A stretch of 32,000 nt of DNA from Wallemia ichthyophaga EXF-994 (lineage: Eukaryota > Fungi > Basidiomycota), in the NCBI RefSeq assembly GCF_000400465.1, contig NW_008806281.1, positions 210,001-242,000 on the forward strand. The letters run 5' to 3'. This document shows positions 30,186-32,000 of this stretch, piece after piece. The number at the start of each line of letters is the position of its first letter. The stretch's first letter is position 1. Position numbers and translations under genes: made by a program. Under the pieces are notes generated by a model. The model worked only from the letters and a program-made list of their open reading frames with translations. It had not been told where the DNA came from and ran no database searches.

Positions 30186-32000
30186 ATGAATGATTGTGGG
30201 TAATTTAAAGTCTAGAGCACTAACCAATCTAACGCTCAATCTCAGCTGATGTAAATCATCAAGTTTCTATCCTGAAAGCTCTACGTAGACGATCACTATC
30301 GCAAGGCCAGCGTACTGCAATTGATCCTGATCTACCACCGACCAAACAAGAAATTCAAAATGATAAAGCTTTGAATCAATATGTGAGTCGTGTTTATCTT
30401 GATATTGAGTACCTCTCTTAGCCCCTTTTCCTAGTGGGTCCCTGCTTCTGCTCACCCAGAGACTACCACCCATCCAAATGAATTCAATCATTACGTTTCC
30501 AATCACTCTCCTACACCATCAAACTCAGGCTCTCTTAGCAGGATTAGATCCTCCAGCTCTCATGGCTCTTCACTCTCCCGTAGAAAGTCAAAGCTATCAA
30601 GACAATACACTCCAACTGAGGATGACGGCGTTGGCGATAATGATTTCATATCCCCATCCTCCTCCAAGCCAAGTTCTCTTAATTTGGTTCGTTTTCATCT
30701 CCTAATGACGCGTAAACACTTACACATTCCAGCTCCAATCTCTCACAGAAGAGACTTCAAATGAAATGTCTCAATCAAATGATGAGAATTATCATGTTAA
30801 AAATGATAATTATACTTCTAAACCCAAAAAACTCAAAAATGGCTCAAGAGTTGCGGTACCGTCATATCAAATTGATTCCGAAATTTTCTCATCGGACCAT
30901 AGACCACCACCACGCCTCGACTTGTCCTTCAACCATAGCCTTCTTGATCATCCTATCAAGGATGATAGACCTCTATCCACTCTCACGAATGATATCTTTG
31001 ACGCCTATGCTATGGGTAATGAACGTGGCTCATTCAGTTCTGTCTCTTCTGCTATTTCTTCAGAGAATACTCACCCTTTCGAACACGACTTACGACTTGA
31101 CCAATCTCATTCTCACGATAGTTATACTCACGATAATCAGATTCACGACACTCAATTACACACCGAAGATGATGATGCCCAGACCATTCATGGCTCTCCA
31201 AATCAAAACAAGCAAGATACTCTCAAGATTGTCAATACCAATGTTTCACCTTCAAAGAGTTCTCTGAATACTCCAAACACTCTCAGGAACAACTCTATAT
31301 CCTCCACTGAAGACACAAACGAGTCTAATGAATCCACATCAGAAGAGATATCAGAGTCAGTTGAAACGGGTGAAAGTTACGAAACGATATCCAGTGAACA
31401 CGTTGACAATGCCTACATGGTAACAAAGTCTTTGAAAAACAGGGTTCAACCACCGACACCAATACCAAGCGAAATACCCCCACCAACTTCAAATCCAATG
31501 AAGATGTCGATGGATCTCTCAGTAGGCTCGCTTATACCGGAATTTCCCGCACAGACTAGACATACCAATATCAATAATATCAATACTAACATAAAAAAGA
31601 TTGATAGTGTGAACAGCTTTCCAAATGTTGACCAAATGCTATTCGAACCTTCGAGACCTGCTCCTGAACCTCCAACTCCAATAATCTTTTCTGATCTTCC
31701 TTCTCGGAACAACCCATCTCCTACACCTTCAACTGGCTCGTCTACCTCAAAGAAGAAGGGATGGAATTGGCTCAAAGAGAAGGAAAGAGCTAGGAATGAA
31801 CGTGCACTGAAAATGAAAGAACTCAAAGATGCCAAAGTTAGAGAAAAGCTTGAGTTAAAGGAGAAGGAGAAGCGTGAACGAGAAGAACGTCTAGCACGTG
31901 AGAAGGAGAAACGTCGTGAGATGGAAGAGAAAGAAAAGGCTAAAGCTAAATCTAAGAGTGACATGAAAGTGCGCGAGCGTGAAAAAAGAGATAAAGAGAA
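30186..32000 (+). CDS. ZDS1: Zds1-like PP2A-Cdc55 regulator, truncated by the window end; exons 30186-30195, 30246-30382, 30435-30686 and 30733->32000
   Basis: QVSILKALRRRS..IDPDLP, Y|WVPASAHPE..PNEF and SRRKSKLSRQY match conserved N-terminal blocks of fungal Zds1 as I recall them. They are followed by a long low-complexity region and a K/E/R-rich coiled coil. The diagnostic Zds_C domain would lie outside the window. Confidence 0.65.

Noticed and set aside
30761-31964. ORFs 30761-31267 (+) and 31446-31964 (-)
   Set aside because: They are an alternate frame and the antisense of the open ZDS1-like exon. The S/F/L-rich product mirrors the K/E/R coiled coil.
1-32000. Transposons, viral inserts, secondary-metabolite clusters or horizontally acquired genes
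   Set aside because: No transposase, RT or integrase motifs, terminal repeats, PKS/NRPS genes or bacterial-style genes were seen; all long ORFs are explained by conserved fungal genes.

Overview
Eukaryotic (fungal) DNA from an extremely compact genome, most likely a basidiomycete of the Wallemia type. That assignment is an inference from gene density (~23 genes in 32 kb), 44-63 nt introns, GTGAGT/GTGGGT donors, an alpha-aminoadipate-pathway homoaconitase and a velvet gene. I manually spliced 23 protein-coding gene models with 43 introns, and every complete model gives an intact frame. In order: PRE6 (partial), COG6-like, LYS4, GRX3/4, Pex24/Pex30-family peroxin, NASP/Hif1, PRO2, ZIM17, DCC1, RRD1, COG3-like, purple acid phosphatase, RGD1, NUP85, PIF1, a mitochondrial TPR protein, TIM23, a small velvet protein, a CYSTM protein, MAG1, STE20, DYN2/LC8 and ZDS1-like (partial). 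The velvet, CYSTM, LC8 and ZDS1 genes are missed or fragmented in the ORF track. I found no mobile elements, CRISPR arrays or recognisable RNA genes. Most notable observations: (i) two different COG tethering subunits (COG3, COG6) are both cut down to their N-terminal parts, suggesting a minimised or split COG complex; (ii) the first 15 genes alternate strand strictly, with only 23-85 nt between divergent start codons, and ~20% GC patches lie inside the adjacent coding 5' ends of two pairs; (iii) splicing oddities include an LC8 start codon split by an intron (AT|G), a GC-AG intron, an AAG acceptor, micro-exons and only one GTAAGT donor among 43. Family calls come from motif recognition by eye; no database searches were run.
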